A stretch of 64,000 bases of DNA from an uncultured virus (IMG/VR IMGVR_UViG_3300037499_000085) (Duplodnaviria > Heunggongvirae > Uroviricota > Caudoviricetes). The translations under genes were made by a program, and so were the position numbers. The first letter of the stretch is position 1, and the number at the start of each line of letters is the position of its first letter. Below, piece by piece: positions 44,930 to 55,100 of the stretch. The stretch lies in the IMG/VR virus record IMGVR_UViG_3300037499_000085. One strand, given 5' to 3'. The notes below the pieces were generated by a model. The model was not told the origin of the DNA. It saw only the letters and a program-made list of their open reading frames with translations, and searched no databases.

Positions 44930-45199
44930 TCAGCTCCTCCGGACCGCTGCAAGTGCGTCGGCCACGGCGCGGCTCGCGTCCTGCATCGAATGCTGTGTAG
45001 CGGCCAGAGTGGTCACGTATTCGGTGCGCACGGTTTCGTTCAGCCTACGCAGCTCGTCCTCCAGCCGGTCCGCACGCGCCGTCTCCCGGTCGAGTGCCTG
45101 GTTCAGCCGGTTGAAGAGCACACGCGACACCATGATGCCGAGTACCGCGATGACTCCGACGGCTCCGTACTGAATGAGTACTTCCACCGCAGGGTTCAT
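44930..45199 (-). CDS. membrane protein (holin-like / lysis accessory)
   Basis: QYGAVGVIAVLGI TM segment plus coiled coil; RBS GAGGAG. Confidence 0.7.
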   Translation of the reverse strand: MNPAVEVLIQYGAVGVIAVLGIMVSRVLFNRLNQALDRETARADRLEDELRRLNETVRTEYVTTLAATQHSMQDASRAVADALAAVRRS

Positions 45200-45225
45200 G
45201 TCTCCTCTTGTCCGGCCGAGCGCGC

Positions 45226-46314
45226 CTAGATGAACCATTCGAGTTGGTTAAAGCTGATCCACGACGGTTCGTCCACCGTATGTGAGTGGTTTCCCACGGA
45301 TCCCGAAGTCCCGTTGATCGTGACGGCCGTGCCGCTGGTGTCGCCTCCGTGGGCGTGCGAGCTGGAATCGGGAGTCCGGTTACCCGTGGTTCCGTCGATC
45401 GTCACGGCGGTGCCCAAAGCTCCCTGTGTTCCGTGAGTGTGCGGTGAAGTGGCCGACACCTGACCGGAGTGGTTGTGCACGGTTTCCCGGATTTGGTGAG
45501 TGTGTGCGTTGTCGTCAATGTTCACGCCGTGGTTGTGCTGCCCATGAGTGTGGGCGTAGCTGGATATTCCATGGGTGTGCGCGTTGTCGGTGATCCCGAT
45601 GCTGTGGTTGTGAGAGCCGTCCGAGCCCGGAGCTGCGGTCATCCCTATGAGGATCATCTGGCCGTTTGTCTCTATGTCGATCTTGACCACGTTGGAACCG
45701 CCGATGGCCGTACGCGTGCAGAGCAGCGAACGCCGGGCGGCGGGACGGTACTTGGCGTCCAGCGTCGCGACGAGTGAACCGCTCGACCGGTCCACCGCTC
45801 CCTGCATCTGCACTTTCCAGGTGCCGTGATCCCAGATACGGCGGATCTGCGCGTTGCCGTTCAGGTTCCCGTTGTGCGTGAAGCCCGAGGCGAGGGACAC
45901 GGTCTCCCACGCGCTCTCACTGAACTGCGCGGCGATCTCCCCGAGCGCGACCAGGTCCGTGCCCTGCTTGATGATCAGGACCGTGTCACCGGCCACGGGT
46001 GCGTAACTGTCCAGGTAGCGGATTCCGTCGATGGTGGTGGTGGTGTCTCCGGAGATCTGCACACTCAGCGTGGGGGGCGTCGCTCCGGTGGCAATCGCCG
46101 TGACCGCGCCCTTACGGATGGTCGCAGGATCGAAGTCGAGAACCGCCTGCTCCGCGATCTTCGCAGCGAGCGCGCGGATCTGTTCAGTCAGCGCAGCTTC
46201 CGCTGCGGCAGCTTCCGCCGCTGCCTGTTGCGCCGCTGCCTCCTCCGGCGTCGACTCGGGGACCGGCGGTACGGGAACGGCCGGATCACTGCCTTCGGCG
46301 GGAGGGGTGGTCAT
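45226..46314 (-). CDS. minor tail protein with C-terminal HxH repeats
   Basis: YLDSYAPVAGDTV OB-like region; repeated HTH/HNH/HSH tripeptides typical of metal-binding tail tips. Confidence 0.75.
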   Translation of the reverse strand: MTTPPAEGSDPAVPVPPVPESTPEEAAAQQAAAEAAAAEAALTEQIRALAAKIAEQAVLDFDPATIRKGAVTAIATGATPPTLSVQISGDTTTTIDGIRYLDSYAPVAGDTVLIIKQGTDLVALGEIAAQFSESAWETVSLASGFTHNGNLNGNAQIRRIWDHGTWKVQMQGAVDRSSGSLVATLDAKYRPAARRSLLCTRTAIGGSNVVKIDIETNGQMILIGMTAAPGSDGSHNHSIGITDNAHTHGISSYAHTHGQHNHGVNIDDNAHTHQIRETVHNHSGQVSATSPHTHGTQGALGTAVTIDGTTGNRTPDSSSHAHGGDTSGTAVTINGTSGSVGNHSHTVDEPSWISFNQLEWFI

Positions 46315-47447
46315 GCCAAGATCCTTTTCGCCCGGAGAACCAGGCTCTGTAGGTCGGTCGCACGCAACGGCACGTTGAAGCTGTCCACGGCGTACAGTCC
46401 GGTGACGCGCGAGCGGGCCCGCTCGACCTGCACCACGTGACCGGCTTCGTACGACGGGTTGACGATACCGCTGATGGTCAGTCCGGAGCTGAACCCAAGC
46501 AGGTTGCGGAGCAACTGGTCTGCTGTCTCCTGCGCGTCCTCAGTCGTTTTGATCGTCTGATCTGTGACGAACCTCGGAACCTCGCCGTACGGGCCGAGAT
46601 GGTACGTCGCCGAAGTCGGCTCCGCGTCCCACGCCACGGCCCGGACAGCGGGCAGTTCGTCGCCGGGCGACTCACCAGTGATCACTACGCCGTTGAACCC
46701 CGGTTCGTCGGTGAACACCCTGGACAGGCTGGTCATGATGCAGCCCTGACCTTCGATGTACGTGAAGTCCGGCGAGGGCAGTGCGTCGATGTCCACCGGC
46801 GGGGCGATGACCACCCACCCGTCCACATCGAAGTAGATCTCGCACCCGAGCGAGGTGGACAGGTCGGTGCACGCCTTCCAGGGGTCGTCTCCCACGTCGT
46901 ACAGCTTGGGTGCCGTGGTGACCCTGGTAGTGCTGATGGCGTCGTATTCGAGATCCGGGAACGTCCTTTCGAGGATGGTCTTGATCGCGTCTATGAGGTT
47001 GGTGCCCACCTCGATCACGTACGGGCTGACGAACTTGTCCCGCTGCACCGTGCGGCTGAGATCGTAGGCTTCGAGCTTGATGTCCGCCGACCCGCCCGAC
47101 GAGTCGTCCACAGATGATTTCGCCAGGCGGAACACACCGAGCGGCAGAACTTCGGTCGTACCGTCGGTGTACCGGACCCCCCTGTACGGACGCAGGATCG
47201 TCCCGTACGGCGTCAGGAGACTGCTTGTGTCGCCCGGTACCAGAATGCCCGTTGGATCTATGCACGTCGCACTACAGGCCCGCCGGATTTCGGCCGTGCG
47301 GTCCACCGTGACTTCCCCGCCGGTGGCAGGCAGGCGAAGTGTTTCCTGGGTCGGGCTGATCACGTCGATGTAGCTGTAGACCTCATGGCTCCGGCGGATC
47401 TCCGCGAGCAGCCGGTCCGTCGCGCGGCTGACGGCCACGGTCACCAC
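46311..47447 (-). CDS. minor tail / baseplate hub protein
   Basis: VDRTAEIRR, LPLGVFRL, GPYGEVP; position in the tail module. Confidence 0.8.
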   Translation of the reverse strand: MVTVAVSRATDRLLAEIRRSHEVYSYIDVISPTQETLRLPATGGEVTVDRTAEIRRACSATCIDPTGILVPGDTSSLLTPYGTILRPYRGVRYTDGTTEVLPLGVFRLAKSSVDDSSGGSADIKLEAYDLSRTVQRDKFVSPYVIEVGTNLIDAIKTILERTFPDLEYDAISTTRVTTAPKLYDVGDDPWKACTDLSTSLGCEIYFDVDGWVVIAPPVDIDALPSPDFTYIEGQGCIMTSLSRVFTDEPGFNGVVITGESPGDELPAVRAVAWDAEPTSATYHLGPYGEVPRFVTDQTIKTTEDAQETADQLLRNLLGFSSGLTISGIVNPSYEAGHVVQVERARSRVTGLYAVDSFNVPLRATDLQSLVLRAKRILA

Positions 47448-47908
47448 CTCCGCGATACATGCGCCATCGGGGGCGTCTCGTCGCGGTGCTCGACCTCGTC
47501 ACCGGCCGCCGGTGGCTCGAACTCCCTGAACCACCTGTTCACGTACTGATACCAGTCACCGGGCCGCTCGCCCCTGGCGCGCCGGAGACAGGTGCTCTCG
47601 TCGGTGTCCATGAGCACGATGCGGAAGCCGCGCCGCGTATACCACTCGCGATCCCGCCGCTTCGGAGCGCCGAAGATCACCCATAGATCCACATCCTTGC
47701 GGGACTCCCACTTGGCCAGCACCCGGTCCCGCGCCTCGTACACGTACGGCCGGATCTCACGCACATGGTCGTGAATCTCCTGGCCGGACAGCGCCGCCAT
47801 GAGGGCGTCGTAGTCCACCACGAGATCACCGGGCTGCATGTGCTGCTCGACGTACCGGTTCTTCCCCGAGCAGGGGGGCCCGGCAACAAGTGTCGCGAGA
47901 GCTGTCAC
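47441..47908 (-). CDS. AAA_33-like P-loop kinase/ATPase
   Basis: GPPCSGKN, VVDYDAL, CLRRARGERP; GTGA coupling. Confidence 0.75.
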   Translation of the reverse strand: MTALATLVAGPPCSGKNRYVEQHMQPGDLVVDYDALMAALSGQEIHDHVREIRPYVYEARDRVLAKWESRKDVDLWVIFGAPKRRDREWYTRRGFRIVLMDTDESTCLRRARGERPGDWYQYVNRWFREFEPPAAGDEVEHRDETPPMAHVSRRW

Positions 47909-48084
47909 CATCCCTCCTCGAAGTGCGGAGCGTTGGCTGACAGATAGTAGTTGCTGCCGAGTGGCCGCGCGCGGACCCACCCCTCGCGTGGATGCAGGGG
48001 CCGGGGTGCGTAACAATGCGTGCATATCCAGAACCGCCACCCGCGTCGCTGGAACGCGTGAGACTGCACAGTGACCCAAGTCAT
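47905..48084 (-). CDS. small hypothetical protein
   Basis: ATGA coupling; CTHCYAP..HP. Confidence 0.5.
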   Translation of the reverse strand: MTWVTVQSHAFQRRGWRFWICTHCYAPRPLHPREGWVRARPLGSNYYLSANAPHFEEGW

Positions 48085-48188
48085 GCCCATGCACCCCGTC
48101 CGTCGCACAGTCCGGACAGCCGTAGAAGCCAGTGCACCGGAGAGATCTTCAGCCGGATACAGCCGGGGCACACCCATGAGTCCCGCAT
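48081..48188 (-). CDS. 35-aa CxxC peptide
   Basis: fills the gap; its TGA overlaps the next ATG. Confidence 0.35.
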   Translation of the reverse strand: MRDSWVCPGCIRLKISPVHWLLRLSGLCDGRGAWA

Positions 48189-48191
48189 GGC

Positions 48192-51100
48192 TCACCCTTC
48201 CGGGGCGATCTGGACGAATGTGATCTTGAAGAAGCGGATGGGGTTGGTGAACCGCTGGCCGGTGTACTGGAGCGCCGACGACGGATCGCCTACTGCCCGC
48301 ACCCACCACGCGGCATCCACCGGGGACTGGAGGAACAGTGTCCGGCCGGTCCGGAGCTGCGCTCGCAGTTGTGCATGTTCGGCCCGGTTGAGCACCAGGG
48401 TCAGCTCGAACGATTCGCCCTTGTACCCCTCCGTGAGCACCACGGGGAAGTCTTCCCCGAGCGGCTGGAACACGACCGCTGTGTTGGTTGTGCCCACGGT
48501 CACCGGGCCCGCCGGTACATGCACCCGCAGGATCATGGCGAAGTCCGTGGTGAGATCCTTCAGCCACCACTCGCGAGCGGTGAGACTCACCTCGTCCGAG
48601 TCGGGGCCGTATCCCGAAACGAACCTGTCACCGGCCAGTCCGTAGCTCACGGTCTGCGCCCGGTACTTGCGGCGTTGCAGGGGCACGACCGTGTTGTCCA
48701 CGTACTCAGTGATGCCCGTGAGCGAGTCGAACTGCGGAGGCCGGATCGTCTGCCCCGGAAGGTCGTACCAGTCGCCGTAGCCGGTGCCGTCGTCGTCCGC
48801 GTACTGGATCGAGGGGGCCGACCACACAGGGTGTGTACTCCGGCCGGTGCCGTTCCTCCACACTTCGGTGTCGCCCAGCATGACGCCGATACGGTCGAAG
48901 TACACGAAGTCACCCACGGTCCGGTCCGTGACGGACACTTCGGGCTGGATACCGGTCGTGCCCTCGGGGAGATCCACCGTGCCACTTGAGGACGACCATA
49001 TCGCCGTGCTGAACGACGACCCCTGCCGTGTCTCCGAACTGATCAGTTGATTGGCCCGGTAGAACTTCAGGGTGAGGAACGGGGTACCGGCCGTCGAGCC
49101 GATGAAGTCGGAGATGAGCGTCACCCGGTTTCCTGCGCGAGCGAGGATGTCCGGATCGATCAGGCTGATATCCGTGACCGCCGGTGCCGTGGCCACGGCC
49201 AGACCGGAGGTGAGTGGCACGGCAGGTTTGACCAGGCCCACCCAGGACGCTGCCGACTGGAGCGACGATCCGGACCCCGGGGTGTACGCGCCAGTGACCG
49301 ACTGCGCGCCCGTAGGGACCACGCCGTTGCTGTCGTAGATACCGGTCATCATGAACGGGTTGCTCGCGCCCGTGGTGTCGTCCACCCGTTCGGTTTCGTT
49401 TGCGCCCGGAGCAGGCGCCGACGGCAGGGCCTTGATGATCCCTATCCACGATGCCGCCGCGAAATACGACCGGTTCAGGTTGGCTTTTCGTGAGGTGTTG
49501 CCGGTGCCGATCGTGCCGTTACTGTCGGCCACGCTCACGGTGATCGTCCGGTAGCTCGACCAGCTCGCCCAGTATTCCCGGGAGTCGTCGGCCCGTTCGG
49601 TGACCTCAGAAGTCCAGTTCCAGTAGGTGTAGTAGTCCCCTGACGCGGAGAAGATGCAGTGCCGCCACGACCGGCTGTCCGTGTTGTTCACTGTGGCCGT
49701 GGTGACCGAGTTACCGGACCCGGACTGTGATGTGTTCTCCGTGAGGAACTGGTTCGCCGCGTCGTCCGCACCCCGGTACGCGGTCACCTGCGTCATGACC
49801 GGTTTGACCGTGGCGGACAGGGTGCCGGACCAGGACGAAGGCTCCGAGCCTCCGGCCGTGCGCTTGAGTACGGCGAACCGGAGCGGTGCGTAACTGTCCG
49901 ACTGGGTGATGTTTCGGACTACTGTCCAGCCTGCCGGGGCCGTGACGGTCGGTACGACGGGGTCCGAGACGGACACCGAAGCAATCATCAGGTCTCCGGA
50001 CTGGACGCCCGACGGCCGGTTGATGGTGTAGCCGGTTGTATTGGACGAGGTGGACCACACAGTCCCCTTGCCCACGTACGAAATGTTGGGACTGGCCGCC
50101 GGAGGCTGAGTGTTGGCGACCATGGTTCCGGCCACGTCGTCGTTGAAAGCGAACGCCGACACCCGCCATGCGTTCGGGTCCGTGTTATTGACCACGGCGG
50201 AAGTCAGGTACAGCGGAGTGTCGCTCGCCCGTGTGGTCACGTTCTCCGCGACGAACTGCTGTGCCGCGTCGGCCGCGCCGGAGTAGGCGACCACCCGCGC
50301 GTGCCTCCGGCCGGAGGCCACGCTGACCGTGCCGTCGGTCCAGGATGCGGGCTCGGAGCCGGTGGCCGTGCGCTTCAGCACGAAGAGCGCTGTATCGGTC
50401 GAACTGTCGTCCACCGACGCTGTGTTGACCAGGGCCCAGCCTGCCGGTGGCGTGCATGTGCTGTGATTGGACGTGGTCACGAAAGCCAGCATCAGGTCCC
50501 CGACCACCAACCCGGCGGGGGCTTCCAGAGTGAAGTTCGTGGCTGTCGATGTGCTGTTCCAGTTGACGCCCGTCGCCCTGAAAGCCAGGGAAGGGGTGAT
50601 CCCGTCGTAAGTGATCCTCTTTGTCTGGAGTCCATGACCGCCGATGCCGGGCGGGGTGACGCGGGAAACCGTGCTGCCCACGCCAGCAACCCAGTTGGTC
50701 TGTGTGGGATCTTCAGCGGTCGCACTGAAGGCGTCCAGGATATTGCGGGACGCGTGGCCACCGTCGTTCCACGGCGTGTTCGTACCGGGCATCAGGCCGA
50801 CGTGGTCGACATGGTGTACCTCGCCACTGGCCGCGCCGGTCACTTCGAGCTGCACCCGGGCCCACTTGGTCACTGACGGAGACGTACCGGTGCCGACCGT
50901 CTCAGTCCATGTCGACGCGCTGTCCGTGGCCGTCGCGGTAAGGGTGTCCGAGAGCTGCTCGGTGAACTGATCATCGTAGAAGAGGATCCGGGTGTTGACC
51001 GTGCGCGCGGTGGCCGCTGCGCGGAACTGTGCACGAACTGTCACCGGGATGTCCGGGGCACATCTGACGAACGTGGACAGTACGGAATACGTGCCGGACG

Positions 51101-52157
51101 CACCGCCTGTCATCTTGCCCGACGCGACCCCGGCGTAATACACCGAGGTGTCCCGCACGATGCCGCAATTGATCGTCGTGTATTCCAGACCGTCAGTGGA
51201 CGTCTCGAAGTCGGCCTGTTGCACCGACAGGATGTTCGAGGTGTTCCGCAGGGTCAGCGCTACGGAAGAGCGGAAGCTGTCCGGGACCACGGCCACGGTC
51301 CCGGTACCCGGACCGCCGAACACGGTGTTGTCCTCAACGGGAACACCAGGGGTGGGACCGACTACCGAGAACTCACGGCCGACCCACTCGGACCGCGCGC
51401 CGAAGGCAGAAACCACCCGCACGTACGCATGGTACGTATCAGCGTTCAGCGAGGTAGGCAGGGTGACCGAAGTGGTGTCACCCGTAACGGTGGCCTGATA
51501 CACCGGGTCCGTGGTGGACGGATTGAAGGTGGAGTCCGCGACCTGGATCCCGGTGAACACCTTGTACTGGGCCGACGCCTGTAGATCGCCGTCCGCCTGT
51601 GCGTACGTCCACGAGATGACCGGCGACGGGGTGAGCTGTGTACCCGAGGGAGCGTCCACGGTCACCGTGGGGCGTGCCCGGTAGTTGACCACGGCCCACA
51701 GCTTGTACACCCGGACGCATTGCAGCACCGCGTGGTAGGTGAACACTTGGCACATGAACTTGTTCAGCCGGTGGATATCCCAGGGATGGCCGAGCGGATC
51801 ACGCTGATATGTGGCCACCTCGTAGTCAGTGATCGTTTCCGACAGGGATATCGTCCGTGAAGTGAACCGGGACGTGTCGTCGAACGGCAGCACGTTGACC
51901 GTGATCGTGCGCGGAGTAGACCCGATACGCGCAGCCCGGATCATGATGGTAATGGACGTGATCACCGCGCCTTCCGGCACGGCGGTGATGTCCACCGGGA
52001 AACGGACACAGGCGCGGCCCTTGTACGGGGGGTTGTAGCAGTACTTGCTGTTGTCGTCGTTGTTCCATGCGAGGAACAGGCGGTTGACCCCGGAACCGAC
52101 CAGGAACCACCCTTCGTTCCGGAAATCGTTGTTACAGAGATGATCGTAATTGGTCAC
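48192..52157 (-). CDS. large minor tail protein (probable distal tail / receptor-binding, with internal repeated domains)
   Basis: follows tape measure; Thr/Ser/Gly-rich, duplicated GDLMxA..PAGW domains, C-terminal WWLKD...GRTLFLQSP. Confidence 0.8.
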   Translation of the reverse strand: MTNYDHLCNNDFRNEGWFLVGSGVNRLFLAWNNDDNSKYCYNPPYKGRACVRFPVDITAVPEGAVITSITIMIRAARIGSTPRTITVNVLPFDDTSRFTSRTISLSETITDYEVATYQRDPLGHPWDIHRLNKFMCQVFTYHAVLQCVRVYKLWAVVNYRARPTVTVDAPSGTQLTPSPVISWTYAQADGDLQASAQYKVFTGIQVADSTFNPSTTDPVYQATVTGDTTSVTLPTSLNADTYHAYVRVVSAFGARSEWVGREFSVVGPTPGVPVEDNTVFGGPGTGTVAVVPDSFRSSVALTLRNTSNILSVQQADFETSTDGLEYTTINCGIVRDTSVYYAGVASGKMTGGASGTYSVLSTFVRCAPDIPVTVRAQFRAAATARTVNTRILFYDDQFTEQLSDTLTATATDSASTWTETVGTGTSPSVTKWARVQLEVTGAASGEVHHVDHVGLMPGTNTPWNDGGHASRNILDAFSATAEDPTQTNWVAGVGSTVSRVTPPGIGGHGLQTKRITYDGITPSLAFRATGVNWNSTSTATNFTLEAPAGLVVGDLMLAFVTTSNHSTCTPPAGWALVNTASVDDSSTDTALFVLKRTATGSEPASWTDGTVSVASGRRHARVVAYSGAADAAQQFVAENVTTRASDTPLYLTSAVVNNTDPNAWRVSAFAFNDDVAGTMVANTQPPAASPNISYVGKGTVWSTSSNTTGYTINRPSGVQSGDLMIASVSVSDPVVPTVTAPAGWTVVRNITQSDSYAPLRFAVLKRTAGGSEPSSWSGTLSATVKPVMTQVTAYRGADDAANQFLTENTSQSGSGNSVTTATVNNTDSRSWRHCIFSASGDYYTYWNWTSEVTERADDSREYWASWSSYRTITVSVADSNGTIGTGNTSRKANLNRSYFAAASWIGIIKALPSAPAPGANETERVDDTTGASNPFMMTGIYDSNGVVPTGAQSVTGAYTPGSGSSLQSAASWVGLVKPAVPLTSGLAVATAPAVTDISLIDPDILARAGNRVTLISDFIGSTAGTPFLTLKFYRANQLISSETRQGSSFSTAIWSSSSGTVDLPEGTTGIQPEVSVTDRTVGDFVYFDRIGVMLGDTEVWRNGTGRSTHPVWSAPSIQYADDDGTGYGDWYDLPGQTIRPPQFDSLTGITEYVDNTVVPLQRRKYRAQTVSYGLAGDRFVSGYGPDSDEVSLTAREWWLKDLTTDFAMILRVHVPAGPVTVGTTNTAVVFQPLGEDFPVVLTEGYKGESFELTLVLNRAEHAQLRAQLRTGRTLFLQSPVDAAWWVRAVGDPSSALQYTGQRFTNPIRFFKITFVQIAPEG

Positions 52158-55100
52158 GGCTTGCTCCCTACGTGCTGCTCCAGAGCCATGCGCAACCGGT
52201 TAGGCAATTCGTTGTTCAGCTTGTCCACGGCGGACGCCGTGGCGCCTCGTGCGTCGATGTGCAGGGTCAGATTCACGTCACCGCCGGAACCGCCGCCGAC
52301 GAGGTCACCGAGTGGCGTGATGTCCTCGCCGCCGCGCATGCGCATCAGCTCCAGGCCACGGTCACCGACAATGCCCACGCCGGGATGCGCGTCTCTCGTG
52401 CCGCGCCCGTACCAGTTGTTTGCCCGCTGGAAGTTGTTCGCCTTGGTCGGAGTGCCGTACCTGGACCGGATGTACCCGAGACCCCACCTGATCTGAGTGG
52501 CCGGATTCGTCTTCCAGTCGGCACCGGCCGACTTCATCTTGCTGCCGGGCAGTGCCTGAGGAATGCCGTACGCGTCCGAGGTGGGGTTGTCCGCGTTCCA
52601 GCGCCAGCCCGACTCGCGGTTCCAGAGGGCTTCGAGCGCGGACCAGTGGGACGACCATCCGTAACTGCCGAGCATGTTCTTGCCGGTGGCCTTGGCTGCA
52701 CTCACCGACTTGCCGGACGTGCCGCCGCCCGGCGCCTTGTAGGTGTCCTTGCCTCCACCGGCCAGACCGTTCAGGCCCCGGTGGAAGTCGCGCACCTGAG
52801 ACTTCGCGGCAGAGGATGCCGTGGGGTCGCCCACGGCGATGCCGTGGATGTGCGGAGCCCACGGGCCCTCTGCCCTGGTGCGCAGCCATGCCGCGAAGCC
52901 ACTGGCGCGCAAAGCGCCGACGATCCCGTTCTTGGCGGGACCAAGGTCGACCGCACCTCCACCGGCGTGGGTGCCGCCGGACGCCCCCACGCTGGTGCTG
53001 TAGCTGCCCTGAGTCATCGAGAGCGCGGTCTTGGCAATCTTGGTCGCGTTGCTCAGCATGGCCGCCGTGCGCCGGTTGACCGTGACGCCTCCGTAGTTCT
53101 GCCGGGTACCGTCTCCGGCCTTCCACGCTCGCCACGGGATGAAGCCATTACCGCCGACACCGATCTCAGGGGCGATGTCGTTCTGCTTGACCCATTCCTT
53201 GATCGTCTTGGCGATCTTGTCGATGATGCCGGTACCGAGCTGTTCCATGCCGGAATTGCTGCCGGGAATGGCCGCACGGACCGCCGTCTTGCCCAGCTTG
53301 GCCACACCGTCCACGGCCTTGCCGAACGGACCGGAGATGGCGCCGAGTGCCAGATCCTTCAGCTTGCCGAACGCGTTCTTTATGATCCCGTCCGGGACCA
53401 GGTCCGGGCCCACCTTCGGCCCTATGCCGGTCCCGAGGAAGCCGCCTCCGTCGTCGAACCGATGATCCCCGTACGTCCTGACCTTGGCCCCGCCCATGGC
53501 GTTCCGGCGCATCCTGGCTACGGCCTCATGCCCACCGGCGCCCGCCACCTCTGCGGCTGTCCACACGTGTTCGTTCGGGTGCAGGATCGCCGGGAACCCA
53601 CGGCTGGAGCCTTCGCCGGTCGGACCGCCTGAGGCGAAAGCCGGAAGAGTGAACCTTTTCAGCTCCTTGGCTCCGAAGGTTCCGGCAACCATATTCCACA
53701 GCTTCACGATGCCGTCGTTGTAGACGACGTTCACGACCGCCTGAATCGGCTTACGGGCCAGTTCCCGGATCTTGTCCCATGCCTTGCCCATCGCCGCGAC
53801 GCCCTTGTCGAAAGCATCCGGGATGGTCTTGGTGAAGAAGTTGCTGACAGGGTTCCAGAACGTAGTCCGCAACCAGGTGGAACCAGCGGAGAAGAGCCCC
53901 CGGATGTCCTTCCACAGTTCAGCGGCCCTGTCCTCCACCGTCTTGGCTACGCCACCGAAGAAAACCCGGATGGTCGTCCACACCAGGTTCCACATGTTCT
54001 TCACGAAGTCGAGCCCGGTCTGGAAGGCCGCGCGCATGGTCGCCCACCAGTCCCGGGCGATCTTCAGGATCGCGTCAACGACGGTCTTGAAAAGATTCTG
54101 GATGAAAGTCCAGACCGTGTTCCACAGATTCCGGATGGCTGTCAGGAATGTGCTGAAGGTGTTCTGAACGGCAGTCCAGAAAGTCTTAGCCGTGTTCGCT
54201 ATCCCGTTCCAGAACGCATTCCACATGTTCTTCACGGTGTCGATGAATCCGCCCAGGAGCGCCCGGAGTACGTTGAGGAATCCCTGCCACGCGGTTCTGA
54301 TCACGTTCCAGATGGCCTCGCCTGCGGCCCTGATCGCGTTCCAGGCTTTGCCCCAGTTCCCAGTGAAGATCGCCGTGAACGTCAGGAAGATCGCGGTGAC
54401 CACTTTCCACAGCGCAGTCCACGCCGCGCTGATCACCTTCCAGATACCTGTGACGAAGGCGACGATGACGTTCCAGGCCGTCTTGAAGATCCCGGAGAAC
54501 GCCGCGTAGAAGACGTTCCAGATTCCGGTCACCACGGACCAGACGACTTTCCAGGCACCGGTCAAGATCGACCATGCTATCTGCGCCGCGCCGGTGAGGA
54601 ATGACCAGCCGATTTTCCAGGCGCCGGACAGGATGGCCCATGCCACATTGAAGATGCCTTGGATCACGGTCCACGTGAGATCCCAAGCGGCCACCAGGGT
54701 CTTCCAGACTCCCATGGCTACCCCGGCGACGACCTGCCAGGCCGCTGTGAAGATCGGCCCGAACTTCCCCCAGAATTCGTTCCACCTGTCTGTGGCTCCG
54801 CCCCACAGAAAATCCCACGCGATGCTGAGCGCGTTCCAGATGTTCTCAGCGGCCTTACGCAGCTCGGGCCACACCTGGTTCCAGGAATCCCGGATCGGTC
54901 CCACCACGGCGTTCCAGGCAACGAGCAGCCCGCCGACCGTGGTATCCCAGACGTCCGTGATCCAGCTCCAGACGTCCGAGGCTACAGATTTGACCCCGCC
55001 CCAGATGGTTTCCCAGTGCTTGGCCACCGCGATGATCAGACCTATGGGACCCATGAACAGGAGCAGCGTCTGCCCCCATCCGTTGGTGAGGAAGTTCCAC

